Positions 9,953 to 18,743 of a stretch of 64,000 bases of DNA are shown here, in pieces. The stretch is taken from positions 15,460 to 79,459 of the forward strand of contig JBBIJK010000003.1 of the NCBI GenBank assembly GCA_037445995.1, in the 5' to 3' direction. Position 1 is the first letter of the stretch; each line of letters opens with the position of its first letter. Origin of the DNA: Actinomycetota bacterium (lineage in GTDB: Bacteria > Actinomycetota > Coriobacteriia > Anaerosomatales > D1FN1-002). Under the pieces are notes generated by a model, which saw only the letters and a program-made list of their open reading frames with translations, had not been told where the DNA came from and made no database searches. Position numbers and translations under genes: made by a program.

Positions 9953-10300
9953 TCACTTGCGGACCCTTATCCCCTGGACGTGCACGTTGACGGCCTCCAC
10001 TGTGACATCCGCCATCGAACGGAGCACGTACTCCACCCTTGCGGTCAAGTTCTTCGAGACTTGCGAGATGTTGGTGCCGTGCTCGGCGACGACGTACAGG
10101 TCGATGGTGACCGAATCACCCGAGCCCCGGACCATCACACCTCGGCGGAGCCGGTCTCGGCTGAGGACCTGCGCCACGCCGTCCTTGAGCGAGGGGTTCG
10201 CCATGCCGGCCACGCCGTACACCTCCAGCGCGGCGTAGCCCGCCAGATCGGCGAGAACGTCGTTGGCTATATGGACCGTGCCGTCCACGTGTGAAGACAC
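9953..10300 (-). CDS. Asp23/Gls24 family envelope stress protein
   Basis: 115 aa, IANDVLADLAGYAALEVYGVAGM. GTG start with GGAGG upstream. Confidence 0.85.
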   Translation of the reverse strand: MSSHVDGTVHIANDVLADLAGYAALEVYGVAGMANPSLKDGVAQVLSRDRLRRGVMVRGSGDSVTIDLYVVAEHGTNISQVSKNLTARVEYVLRSMADVTVEAVNVHVQGIRVRK

Positions 10301-10352
10301 TGCGCCTCCAACCGTCGGCGGAAGACGTCGGGCAGTAACCCGGTGGGGTCAG

Positions 10353-10358
10353 ATTATA
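10353..10358 (-). promoter_or_regulatory. Candidate -10 box for the asp23 operon
   Basis: A perfect TATAAT on the minus strand about 53 nt upstream of the asp23 GTG. No convincing -35 was seen. Confidence 0.3.
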
Positions 10359-10383
10359 GCTGATGAGTCTCTGTTCCCGTTCC

Positions 10384-10412
10384 TTGTTCATGGGGCTCGG
10401 GCATGCTAGTAT
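10384..10412 (+). promoter_or_regulatory. Candidate sigma70-type promoter for rpmB
   Basis: TTGTTC, 17 nt spacer, TAGTAT, about 88 nt upstream of the rpmB ATG in a locally AT-richer stretch. Confidence 0.4.
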
Positions 10413-10499
10413 CACCGGGTTTCACGACCGGGTCATCCGACCCGACCAGGAACGGATCACGCGCCCGACGGCGCGATGGGCACGATGGGAGTGCGCGAG

Positions 10500-10688
10500 A
10501 TGTCCAAGGTATGCAGCGTGTGCGGCAAGCACCCCAGCGCGGGGCGCAACGTCAGCCACAGCCACAGGGTGACGAACCGCACCGTCTACCCGAACATCCA
10601 GCGCGTCACCGCTGTCGTCGACGGCGCGTCGAAGAAGGTCGATGTCTGCACGAAGTGCCTGAAGGCCGGGAAGGTCAAGCGCTCCTGA
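10500..10688 (+). CDS. rpmB: 50S ribosomal protein L28
   Basis: 62 aa, MSKVCSVCGKHPSAGRNVSHSHRVTNR. Confidence 0.93.
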   Translation: MSKVCSVCGKHPSAGRNVSHSHRVTNRTVYPNIQRVTAVVDGASKKVDVCTKCLKAGKVKRS

Positions 10689-10693
10689 TCGCC

Positions 10694-12484
10694 TCAGGCC
10701 TCGGCGCGCCGCTCTCCGTGCGCAAGGATCTCGACGAACGTGTCAACCACCGCAGGGTCGAACTGGGACCCTGATCGGTCAGCCATCTCCCGCAGCGCCT
10801 CGTCGCGCCCCTTGGCTCGCCTGTAGGGCCGGTCAGAGGTCATCGCCACATAGGCGTCGGCCACCGCGAGGATCCTCGCGCCGATGGGGATAGCCTCACC
10901 CGACAGCCCGCTCACGTACCCCCGGCCGTCGTAGCGCTCGTGATGGTGGTAGACGATCGGGACCACCGCGCTCAGCGCCGGGGCCTGCTTCAGTATCTCG
11001 GCGGCTAGCACCGGGTGCATGCTGAGCATCCCTCTCTCCACGGTCGAAAGATGCTGGCGCGCGGACACGACGTCGGTCGCCATGTCCATGCAGATGTCGT
11101 GCAGGAGGGCGGCCATCCGGACCGCCTCGGCCTCGTCTTCGGCCAGATGCAGCCGCTCTGCCAGCGCCGTGCTCAGAGCCACGATCCGATCGGTCGCCCC
11201 AGCCGCGAAAGGGTCCTTCGTCTCCAAAGCCAGGGCCAACGCGCGCACTGATGAGAAGTAAAGATCGCGCGTCGTCGACACGGCCCTGGCGTTCCTCACC
11301 GCGATGGCCGTCTGCCTCGCAAGGGTCTCCAACGCCGCCATGTGGTTGGCGCCGAATCGGTTGGGATGACTGCGGCTCCCGACGTTAAGGACACCAAGGA
11401 CCCCGCCCTCGTCGGAGATCGGGACCGTCAACGACGATCTGACCCCGTGTCGCCCCTTTCGCGCTGACCGTGCGGGAAGGTCCTCGACCAGCACCGGCTG
11501 ACCGGAAGCCAGCACCCACCCCGCTATGCCCTCACCCGATCCGACCGCGACGTTCGCGACCACCTCAGAGGGCAGGCCCCGGGCCGCCGCGATCCTCAGC
11601 GTCCCGGTGTCCTCGTCGAGCAGCATGACGCTGCCTGTGGCCGCCGCCGTCAGATGCATCGCCTTGTCCAGACAGGAGGAGATGACATCTTCGACCGAGA
11701 GCATCCTGGACAGGTCGCGTGCCATCTCCAGCAGGGTGCGTGAGGTCTCTCCCTCCTCGCGTGCGACATCTATCGCCAGCGCCGCCGCCAACATGGGCGC
11801 GACGGCGGCCGCGGCTGCGTCGAGGTCCGAAACGTCGGGCTCGGTGTCACACAGCACGTCCATGGCCGCCACACCAACGTGGGGCGGAGCCGCGACGGGA
11901 AGAGCGTAGCGCCACAGCGTGGTCGCCTCGCCATGCGAGGCGACGGTCGACACCGGAGAAAGCATGCGCACGCCGGTTCTGAAGACCTCGCCTAGGGCGT
12001 CACGCGGTCCGGGCTCCGAACGTCGGTCCGGAGACATCGGGCCGGCCGAGGCGAGGAGCCGGATGGTGCCGCCGGGACCGTCACGCAGCCACAGGTGCGC
12101 CGAAACCGCCCTGCAGGTGCTCGGGGCCTCCCCGAGCCACCGCGAGAGCCAGGACGCGGGGGTGGTGTCCAGCTCGACACGCGGACCCTCCGGGGCGCCG
12201 GCGATCGGTCCCTCCGCCGGACAGGGCGCCGTGTCCGGCTGGTCGACGTCGGACTGGACAGCCTCCATCTCGGGGGCGGGTTCGACGGGCCGGCCGGCGC
12301 CATCGGAAGGTGCCACCGGCGAGAAGAGCAACAGCACCGTGCTCGACACGGCCAGAGCCGTTCCGAACGCCGCCACCACGCCAGAACCCTCCAGCGCGGC
12401 GTACGCGACCAAGCCGGTCCCGGCCGCCGTCAGCGCCGTAAGCGCCCTCCGCCGCACCCGTGCACCTCCCCCGCACCTCGCCAT
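10694..12484 (-). CDS. Membrane-anchored GAF / HD-GYP domain protein (putative c-di-GMP phosphodiesterase-type signalling protein)
   Basis: It has an N-terminal hydrophobic segment and a GAF-like middle region (SVMLLDEDTGTLRIAAARG...). The C-terminal HD-GYP-type domain reads LLHDICM ... HHHERYDGRGYVSGL ... ILAVADAYVAMTSDRPYR. Confidence 0.8.
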   Translation of the reverse strand: MARCGGGARVRRRALTALTAAGTGLVAYAALEGSGVVAAFGTALAVSSTVLLLFSPVAPSDGAGRPVEPAPEMEAVQSDVDQPDTAPCPAEGPIAGAPEGPRVELDTTPASWLSRWLGEAPSTCRAVSAHLWLRDGPGGTIRLLASAGPMSPDRRSEPGPRDALGEVFRTGVRMLSPVSTVASHGEATTLWRYALPVAAPPHVGVAAMDVLCDTEPDVSDLDAAAAAVAPMLAAALAIDVAREEGETSRTLLEMARDLSRMLSVEDVISSCLDKAMHLTAAATGSVMLLDEDTGTLRIAAARGLPSEVVANVAVGSGEGIAGWVLASGQPVLVEDLPARSARKGRHGVRSSLTVPISDEGGVLGVLNVGSRSHPNRFGANHMAALETLARQTAIAVRNARAVSTTRDLYFSSVRALALALETKDPFAAGATDRIVALSTALAERLHLAEDEAEAVRMAALLHDICMDMATDVVSARQHLSTVERGMLSMHPVLAAEILKQAPALSAVVPIVYHHHERYDGRGYVSGLSGEAIPIGARILAVADAYVAMTSDRPYRRAKGRDEALREMADRSGSQFDPAVVDTFVEILAHGERRAEA

Positions 12485-12544
12485 CCAGGGCCAAGTATAT
12501 CCCCCCCGCCCGACCCTGGGGGGCGCTCCGCGAGACGCGAGCCC

Positions 12545-13186
12545 CTACCGTCGCGGCGCGAGCACTATCAGGTCGCCGCCCAGCACCTCGACCCATGGAG
12601 CGGACTCGGTGGCGACGTTGGACAGCCCCAGCGACGCCAGCGGCTCCAGTCTGGTCTCGCGCAACGGGTAGCGCAAACCCCGCGAGGACACCCCCGCAGC
12701 CCCGCCGGGCGAGAGCAGTGACACCACCGCTCCCACCCTGACCTCGATGGAGGAGGACCCTCGCACGTCGGCGGCGAGGGACCATGCTCTCCAGTCCGGC
12801 TCATGCGCCTCCACGCGCGGCGCCAGGCACCGCGACAGCGATCCAAAGGCGGCCAGCGTGTGGTCGGGCCTGCCACGGAACGCCGCGGTCACCACGATCT
12901 CGTCTGCGCCTCGCGACGTGGCGGTGGCCACAGCGAGATCGAGGTCGGAGGCGTCCTTGTCGCGGGGATGGACCTCAAGGGGCACCCCGGCGTCCTCCAG
13001 GAGTGCGCGAGCCTCGGGACCGCACGAGTCGAAGTCGCCCACCGCGACGTGGGGGACGTGACCGAGGGACAGACAGAAGGCGGCTCCAGCGTCAGCGCCC
13101 ACCACAAGGTCAGCGGAGTCCAGAAGGCCGGAGTAGAACGCGGCCTGTCCGGGCTCGGGCACCGCTCCGACGACGACGGCCCTCAT
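12545..13186 (-). CDS. thiN: Thiamine pyrophosphokinase
   Basis: MRAVVVG... with the VAVGDFDS motif. The start overlaps the thiT stop (ATGA). Confidence 0.8.
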   Translation of the reverse strand: MRAVVVGAVPEPGQAAFYSGLLDSADLVVGADAGAAFCLSLGHVPHVAVGDFDSCGPEARALLEDAGVPLEVHPRDKDASDLDLAVATATSRGADEIVVTAAFRGRPDHTLAAFGSLSRCLAPRVEAHEPDWRAWSLAADVRGSSSIEVRVGAVVSLLSPGGAAGVSSRGLRYPLRETRLEPLASLGLSNVATESAPWVEVLGGDLIVLAPRR

Positions 13187-13752
13187 CGGACCGTGCCAAC
13201 GGGCCTGACACGCTGCAATGCGGGGAGGAGGGCCACTGCCGCCGCCGCGCAAGCCAGCGCAGCAAGGGGCACGTAGGTGTTGTAGACGGCCGAGTAGATC
13301 CACACGTTCTGGCCCTCGGGCGCGTACTCCCCGAAGAACACGACCCCGGACACGACGTGCGACACGTATCTACCGGTCGCACCAAGCGCGATCCCGGCCG
13401 ACGCCACGCCCATCGCCACCGCCGCGCGCCCGGCCGATGCGGCTCGACGGTACGCCGGGGACGCCAGGCCGGCCAGCCCCAGTAGCGCGTAGGGCGCCGG
13501 GTAGTCCAGCACCAGTTGCACTGGGTGTACGACGTAGGGCTCGAGCAGCAGGCTGAGCATGCCGTAGACAGCTCCCGCCGCCAGACCCCAGGGCGCGCCT
13601 CGTCGCAGCGCGAACACCAAGAGCGGCAGCATCCCCAGCGAGACGCTGCCGCCCTGAGGCATCTCCCACAGCTTGAGCTGCCCGAGAACGGCGGCCAGCG
13701 CGACGGACAGTGCGGCTTCGACAAGGATGGTAGTGCGGTCATGCCTGCTCAT
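13183..13752 (-). CDS. thiT: Thiamine transporter ThiT (ECF S-component type)
   Basis: Polytopic protein. LLVFALRRGAPWGLAAGAVYGML and SHVVSGVVFFGEY resemble ThiT signature regions. It is preceded by a THI-box-like leader, and AGGAGG lies 8 nt before the ATG. Confidence 0.8.
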   Translation of the reverse strand: MSRHDRTTILVEAALSVALAAVLGQLKLWEMPQGGSVSLGMLPLLVFALRRGAPWGLAAGAVYGMLSLLLEPYVVHPVQLVLDYPAPYALLGLAGLASPAYRRAASAGRAAVAMGVASAGIALGATGRYVSHVVSGVVFFGEYAPEGQNVWIYSAVYNTYVPLAALACAAAAVALLPALQRVRPVGTVR

Positions 13753-13755
13753 GTG

Positions 13756-13890
13756 AGACCTCCTGGCTCCGAGTCCGTCGGGAGTCGAGCCAGGGGCCAG
13801 CCGTGGTTGCCGCCCCCGCATTACCGGGGGGGTCCTTCGGTCGCGGCACCGCCGCCTCTCAGCCGCCCATCGCGGCTCCCGATCCGGTAT
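13756..13890 (-). promoter_or_regulatory. Probable TPP (THI-box) riboswitch with an SD-sequestering expression platform
   Basis: The minus-strand RNA contains GGGAGCCGCGAUGGGCGGCUGAGAGG (CUGAGA core after an AGCCGC/GCGGCU hairpin) and CCCCCG-GUAAUG-CGGGGG-CG. Further downstream, CCUGGCUC...GAGCCAGG overlaps the SD. It sits directly upstream of thiT-thiN. Confidence 0.65.
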
Positions 13891-14023
13891 CCGATTGGGG
13901 CGGATGTTCCCACATAGGGTCAGGGCGCGCAACTGGGGTGAACTTCTCGCGCTCGCTCGTCGCGGCGGGTTGCGTCAGTCCTTGCGCTTATACTGTCACT
14001 TGCCCACTGAGAAGAGGTCGCCG

Positions 14024-16594
14024 ATGCCGGTAGCGAAGCGCCCGAGGCGCCTGATGCGTGTCGCCGCCGCGGCTGTCGGCTGCGCCTTGCTCGCCGCGAC
14101 CGCCAGCGCCGCGGCTGCTCCAAGGGCTGAGGAAGCGGAACGACGTTCGCGACAGGCGCACAGGCCCACCGGCCGGGTGGTGATGCGCTTCGAATCCTCA
14201 GCGTCGCCCGGAGTGCGATCGTCGGCGCTGGAACGAGCCGGCGTGGGCCGCCACCAGGTGTCGATGCGGGCCCGCGACCGAGCTGTGGTGGTCCCATCCG
14301 CCGGTGAAGACGCGATGGCCGCCGCAGCCCGGCTGGCCGCGCAACCAGGGGTGCGTTATGCGGCTCCCGAAGGCTCGGTCGGCATAGCCGGCGCTCTAGT
14401 GCCGCCAGACGACACGAGGTACGCGTCCCAATCCGCGTATCTCGGAGCACGGACCGCGAACCCTCACTCAATAGACCTCGAACCAGCATGGGACCGCGCC
14501 TTCAACGGCGCTTCGCACACCTTGGCCCCGTGGCGCCCGGGCGTCACGGTCGCGGTGATCGACACAGGGGTGAACGCCTCGTATCTCGAGGGAACCGGAG
14601 AGTACGTGCCCGTCTGGGACTACGTGGAGGGCGACCCCATCCCGGACGACGATCACTCTGCTGGCGGAGGACACTCTCACGGCACCCGGGTGGCCTCGAT
14701 CATACGCGCGCAGACGGCCAACCGGCTCCACGTGGCCAGCGTCCTGCACTCGTCACGCAACCAGGTCCTGATCTACAAGATCCTCGACGGCGCGGGGGAC
14801 GGCGACACGGATGACGCGCTCGACGCGATCATGGACGCCGCCGACCGTGGGGCCAAGGTCATCAACTGCTCCTTCGGCGAACCGCTGTTCGACGTCTACG
14901 GCGCCGAGGTGCCGGGTCTTCGCAGCGCGTACTCGGACGCCGTCCGATACGCGGCGGCGAGGGGCGCGATCGTCGTCGCGGCGGCCGGGAACAAGCGCAG
15001 CGTGTCCGATCCGCCGCCTACTTGGTGGGCGTTCGCTCCCGCTGCCATCCCCGAGGCCGTCTGCGTCGGCGCGATCGACCCCGGCACCGGGCAGCTCGCA
15101 CCCTTCTCCAACTACGGGCCCGACATGGAGGTCGACTTGGTCGCCGCCGGCATCGGCGTGTGGTCAGTCGACAAGTGGGGTCTGTCCAGCACCGTGTCGG
15201 GCACCTCGTTCGCCGCCCCGCTCGTGAGCGGTTCCCTGGCGTTCCTTTGGTCGCTGGCCTCAGACCTCCCCTCCTCCACGGTGCTGTCCTTCCTCACGCA
15301 GAGCGCGTCCAACCAGCCGTCCAGGGAGACCACCAGCGGGTGGGGGGTCCCGAGCGTCTGGAAGGCCTATCAGGCCATGATCGCCGGCGTCCCCGAGCAG
15401 GGACCCGTCGGCCTGACCCCGGCGTTGCCTGCCGGCCGGGCAGTGGGTCTGTCTTGGACCCCCGCAGCCGGGAAGAATGTCGTGTACGAGTTCGGGGAGG
15501 ACGGCGGTCCCATCTACCGGACAGAGGCGACCGGCGCCCAGCTCGTCCTCTCAGACGAGGGGACCCGGACGGTCTGGGTGCGGTCCTACGCGACGGACCG
15601 CTGGTCGCATCAGTCGACCGTCACCGCGACGGTCACGGTCGGTCACGACGGACTCGGCGCGTTGGCGGCCCGTCGTCTCGCCGGGGCCACGCGCTACCAG
15701 ACGGCCGTCGATGTGTCGCGCTCGCAGTTCCCCACCGGCGCGCCCGCGATCGTGATCGCCTCGGGGCGCGACTGGCCGGACGCCCTCGCGGCGGCCCCGT
15801 TGGCCGCGGCGGTGGGCGGTCCGCTGCTGCTGACCGACCGCTACTCGCTCACGATCGACACGCGGAACGAGATCTGGCGCCTTCGGCCCTCGCGGGTCCT
15901 CATGGTCGGGGGAACGTCCGCGCTGGACGCCGATGTGAGATCGCAGCTGGACTCCCTGAGCCCCACGGACACGGTGGTCAGGCTGGCTGGAGCGGACCGC
16001 TACGAGACCGCGGCCAGGATCGCCGAGCGGCTGGCCGTCGAGAAGGGCGGCGCGATACCCGGCCGACGAGCGCTCGTTTGCTCGGGCCAGAACTACCCCG
16101 ACGCGCTGTCCGGGGCTGCCGCGGCTGCGGTCGCGGGACAGCCGGTTCTGCTGACAAGGCCGCTGGCTCTGCCAGCCGCGACAGCCTCGGCGCTGTCCTC
16201 GCTCGGCATCACGTCCACGATCGTCCTCGGCGGTACCCGTGCGGTCGCGGACGTGGTGTTCGACGGCCTGCCCTCACCGCACAGGGTGCACGGGCCCACG
16301 CGCTACGACACCTCGAGGGCCATCGTCGATTGGGCGCGGACCTCGGGGCTTCTGGACCCCGGGGAGCTCGGGGTCTCCCGCGGCGACAGCTACCCCGACG
16401 CCCTCGCCGCGGGCGTGAGGATGGCTGGCGTGAGCGGACCGGTCCTGCTGGTCCCTCGTCAACCGAACGCGACCACAGACTCGTGGCTGAGGGCCGCGGG
16501 CCCGGCGGTCAGGCGCGTGTGGGTGTTCGGCGGGACCAGCGCGATCCCCATCTCGACCGAGAACAACGTGCGGCTCAGGCTGCGATCGCCATGA
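14024..16594 (+). CDS. Secreted subtilisin-like (S8) serine protease with three C-terminal CWB2 cell-wall-binding repeats
   Basis: Signal peptide MPVAKRPRRLMRVAAAAVGCALLAATASAAAAP. Catalytic triad contexts are VAVIDTGV, HSHGTRVAS and SGTSFAAPLVSG. There are three repeats of the type RLAGA(T/D)RY(Q/E)TA...PDAL...GPLLLT. Confidence 0.85.
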   Translation: MPVAKRPRRLMRVAAAAVGCALLAATASAAAAPRAEEAERRSRQAHRPTGRVVMRFESSASPGVRSSALERAGVGRHQVSMRARDRAVVVPSAGEDAMAAAARLAAQPGVRYAAPEGSVGIAGALVPPDDTRYASQSAYLGARTANPHSIDLEPAWDRAFNGASHTLAPWRPGVTVAVIDTGVNASYLEGTGEYVPVWDYVEGDPIPDDDHSAGGGHSHGTRVASIIRAQTANRLHVASVLHSSRNQVLIYKILDGAGDGDTDDALDAIMDAADRGAKVINCSFGEPLFDVYGAEVPGLRSAYSDAVRYAAARGAIVVAAAGNKRSVSDPPPTWWAFAPAAIPEAVCVGAIDPGTGQLAPFSNYGPDMEVDLVAAGIGVWSVDKWGLSSTVSGTSFAAPLVSGSLAFLWSLASDLPSSTVLSFLTQSASNQPSRETTSGWGVPSVWKAYQAMIAGVPEQGPVGLTPALPAGRAVGLSWTPAAGKNVVYEFGEDGGPIYRTEATGAQLVLSDEGTRTVWVRSYATDRWSHQSTVTATVTVGHDGLGALAARRLAGATRYQTAVDVSRSQFPTGAPAIVIASGRDWPDALAAAPLAAAVGGPLLLTDRYSLTIDTRNEIWRLRPSRVLMVGGTSALDADVRSQLDSLSPTDTVVRLAGADRYETAARIAERLAVEKGGAIPGRRALVCSGQNYPDALSGAAAAAVAGQPVLLTRPLALPAATASALSSLGITSTIVLGGTRAVADVVFDGLPSPHRVHGPTRYDTSRAIVDWARTSGLLDPGELGVSRGDSYPDALAAGVRMAGVSGPVLLVPRQPNATTDSWLRAAGPAVRRVWVFGGTSAIPISTENNVRLRLRSP

Positions 16595-16597
16595 TGC

Positions 16598-17959
16598 TCA
16601 GCGCGCGAGGGGCAGGGTGATCGCGAACTCCGTCCCCCACTCCCCAGACCGGACTCCCACCGCGCCGCCGTGCCGCTCCACTATCTCGCTCACGACGGCC
16701 AACCCGATCCCCGCCCCGCCGCTACCCCTGCCTCGAGCCCGGTCCGCTCGCCAGAAGCGGACGAAGACGTTGCCCAGGTCCTCAGGAGCGATCCCGATAC
16801 CGGAGTCCCTCACGGTAAGGACCGCCTGACCCGCGCCGGCCGCCAGCGACACCTCCACAGAGCCGCCAGCAGGCGTGTACCTCGCGGCGTTGGACAGGAG
16901 GTTTCCGATGGCCTGAGCGAGACGATCGCCATCGCCGTCGACCTCCACACCCCGCTCCACCGCTGAGCCGACCGTCAGCCCCGACGACTCCATCAGCGCG
17001 CCGTGGGCCTCTAGCGCAGCGGTAACCACCCCGCTCAGATCGACCCTCTCATGCCTGACAGCCGCAGCGCCGGTCTCCAGTCTGGACAGCTCGAGGATGC
17101 CATCAGCGAGCCTCGCGAGGCGGAGGGTCTCCTCCCTGACGACGCCGAGACGCTCGGGGTCGGCGGGCAGGACTCCGTCCTGCATGGCCTCGACCGTGGC
17201 CTGGATCGCCTGAAGCGGGGTTCGGATCTCGTGCGCGACGTCCGCTGTGAGGCGGCGCTCGAACTCCCTCTCGGCGGCGATCGAGACGGCCATCGACTCC
17301 AGAGTCGCCGCGAGCTCCTCGATGGGGCCCTCGCCGCTCAGTCCGGCTCGTGCAGACATGTCGCCCTCGCGGAACCTGGCGGCGACCGCCGTCACGCGCT
17401 CTATCGGCCGCACGAGGCCCCTGGCGAACAGGGCGCCGGCCACTGACGCCCCGATCACCGCCGCTATCGCCGCGACAAGAAGCCCCACCAGTGCGCCCCG
17501 GCGGAAAGCCACGTCCCGCTCGGTCAGGAACCCCCCCGGATACAGGGAGGTCACGTGGACCTCTCCGACCCGCAGGCCGCCCACGGTCACGGCAGCGGCC
17601 GCGACGGGAGACTCGCCCTCGTCGGTCAGCGGGCTGTCCGGGGGTATCCCGACGCTGCCGACGGAATCGCCGACGAGCGCCCCGCCCTGGTCGTAGAGGC
17701 GCACCCGGAAGCCGCTCATGGTCACGCCGAGATGGACGAGGTCCGCGTAGCGGACACCGTCCCACCCTCCGCTCCTGGCGTACACCCCGGCGAAGACCAC
17801 CGCCACCTCATCGGCGCGCGCCTGTATGTTCCTTCGCACGTAGTCCTCGAACTGCCTGTCCCAGACCGCGGTGAGCAGGACGGCCGAGAGAGCGGCGGTC
17901 AGCGCGGCGACGACCGCGAACGCGATCCCCAGCCGCAGCCCGAGGGAGCCGCGGCGCAC
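16598..17959 (-). CDS. Sensor histidine kinase (two TM segments, HAMP, HisKA, HATPase)
   Basis: H-box ADVAHEIRTPL, N-box LLSNAARYT, G-boxes DSGIGI and GGAGIGLAVV. The GTG start at codon 244 of ORF 16598..18688 overlaps the response-regulator stop by 1 nt. Confidence 0.85.
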   Translation of the reverse strand: MRRGSLGLRLGIAFAVVAALTAALSAVLLTAVWDRQFEDYVRRNIQARADEVAVVFAGVYARSGGWDGVRYADLVHLGVTMSGFRVRLYDQGGALVGDSVGSVGIPPDSPLTDEGESPVAAAAVTVGGLRVGEVHVTSLYPGGFLTERDVAFRRGALVGLLVAAIAAVIGASVAGALFARGLVRPIERVTAVAARFREGDMSARAGLSGEGPIEELAATLESMAVSIAAEREFERRLTADVAHEIRTPLQAIQATVEAMQDGVLPADPERLGVVREETLRLARLADGILELSRLETGAAAVRHERVDLSGVVTAALEAHGALMESSGLTVGSAVERGVEVDGDGDRLAQAIGNLLSNAARYTPAGGSVEVSLAAGAGQAVLTVRDSGIGIAPEDLGNVFVRFWRADRARGRGSGGAGIGLAVVSEIVERHGGAVGVRSGEWGTEFAITLPLAR

Positions 17960-18669
17960 TAGCCCTCCCCGGCCGCCGGGGCGTCGAAGCGGTACCCGAC
18001 CCCGAACACCGTGTGGATGAAGAGCGGCTCCCGCGGGTCGTCTCCCAGCTTTGCGCGGAGGTTCTTCACATGCGAGTCGATAGCCCGCTCGTAGCCCTCG
18101 AAGTCGTATCCCAGCACCTTCTCGACCAGCTCCATGCGTGAGTAGACCCTGCCTGGGTATCGCGAGAGGGTCACGAGGAGCTTGTACTCGCTGGCGGTGA
18201 GCTCGATCTCCTGGGCTCCCAGACGGACCCGGTGACCCGACAGGTCTATCGAGAGGGGTCCGTACTCGATCCTGGTCCGCTGAGGCTCGGTGTCGGAGTG
18301 CGCCCTGCGCAGCAGCGCGCGGACGCGCGCGACGAGCTCTCGCGGCGAAAAGGGCTTGACCAGGTAGTCGTCGGCGCCCATCTCGAGGCCGGCGACGCGC
18401 TCCTCCTCGGACCCCTTCGCCGTCAGCATGATGATGGGCACGTCTGACCGGTCGCGGATCCGCCGGCAGACCTCCTCGCCCGAAAGCCTCGGCAGCATCA
18501 GGTCGAGCACGACCAGATCGAACCGGCCTGATCCGAACGCGAGCAGCGCGCTCTCGCCGTCTGCGGCGGCGGTCACCCACAGACCGTCGCGTTCGAGATA
18601 CGCCTCGACGGCCTCGCGGATCGATCCCTCGTCCTCGACGAGAAGCACGCGGGGGACATCGTGTGGCAT
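17959..18669 (-). CDS. OmpR-family response regulator
   Basis: REC domain (VLLVEDE...DLVVLDLMLP...LTAK) followed by a winged-helix domain (...IHTVFGVGYRF). Confidence 0.9.
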   Translation of the reverse strand: MPHDVPRVLLVEDEGSIREAVEAYLERDGLWVTAAADGESALLAFGSGRFDLVVLDLMLPRLSGEEVCRRIRDRSDVPIIMLTAKGSEEERVAGLEMGADDYLVKPFSPRELVARVRALLRRAHSDTEPQRTRIEYGPLSIDLSGHRVRLGAQEIELTASEYKLLVTLSRYPGRVYSRMELVEKVLGYDFEGYERAIDSHVKNLRAKLGDDPREPLFIHTVFGVGYRFDAPAAGEG

Positions 18670-18743
18670 GCGACCTCCTTGGGGTCATCCTACCCCGCGG
18701 GGACGTCAGGAGAGGGGCCGCCGCTGTGGAGAAGTGATGTGGG

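Noticed and set aside
17960-18688. N-terminal extensions of track ORFs: HK 16598..18688, murD 38267..40330, xerD 49180..51033, MraY-like 55129..57165, ylmE 27376..28470 and 48896..49660.
   Set aside because: The extended parts overlap the upstream, well-supported gene in another frame and are Arg/Gly-rich. Internal ATG or GTG starts with ATGA/GTGA overlaps or SD sequences give proteins of canonical length.
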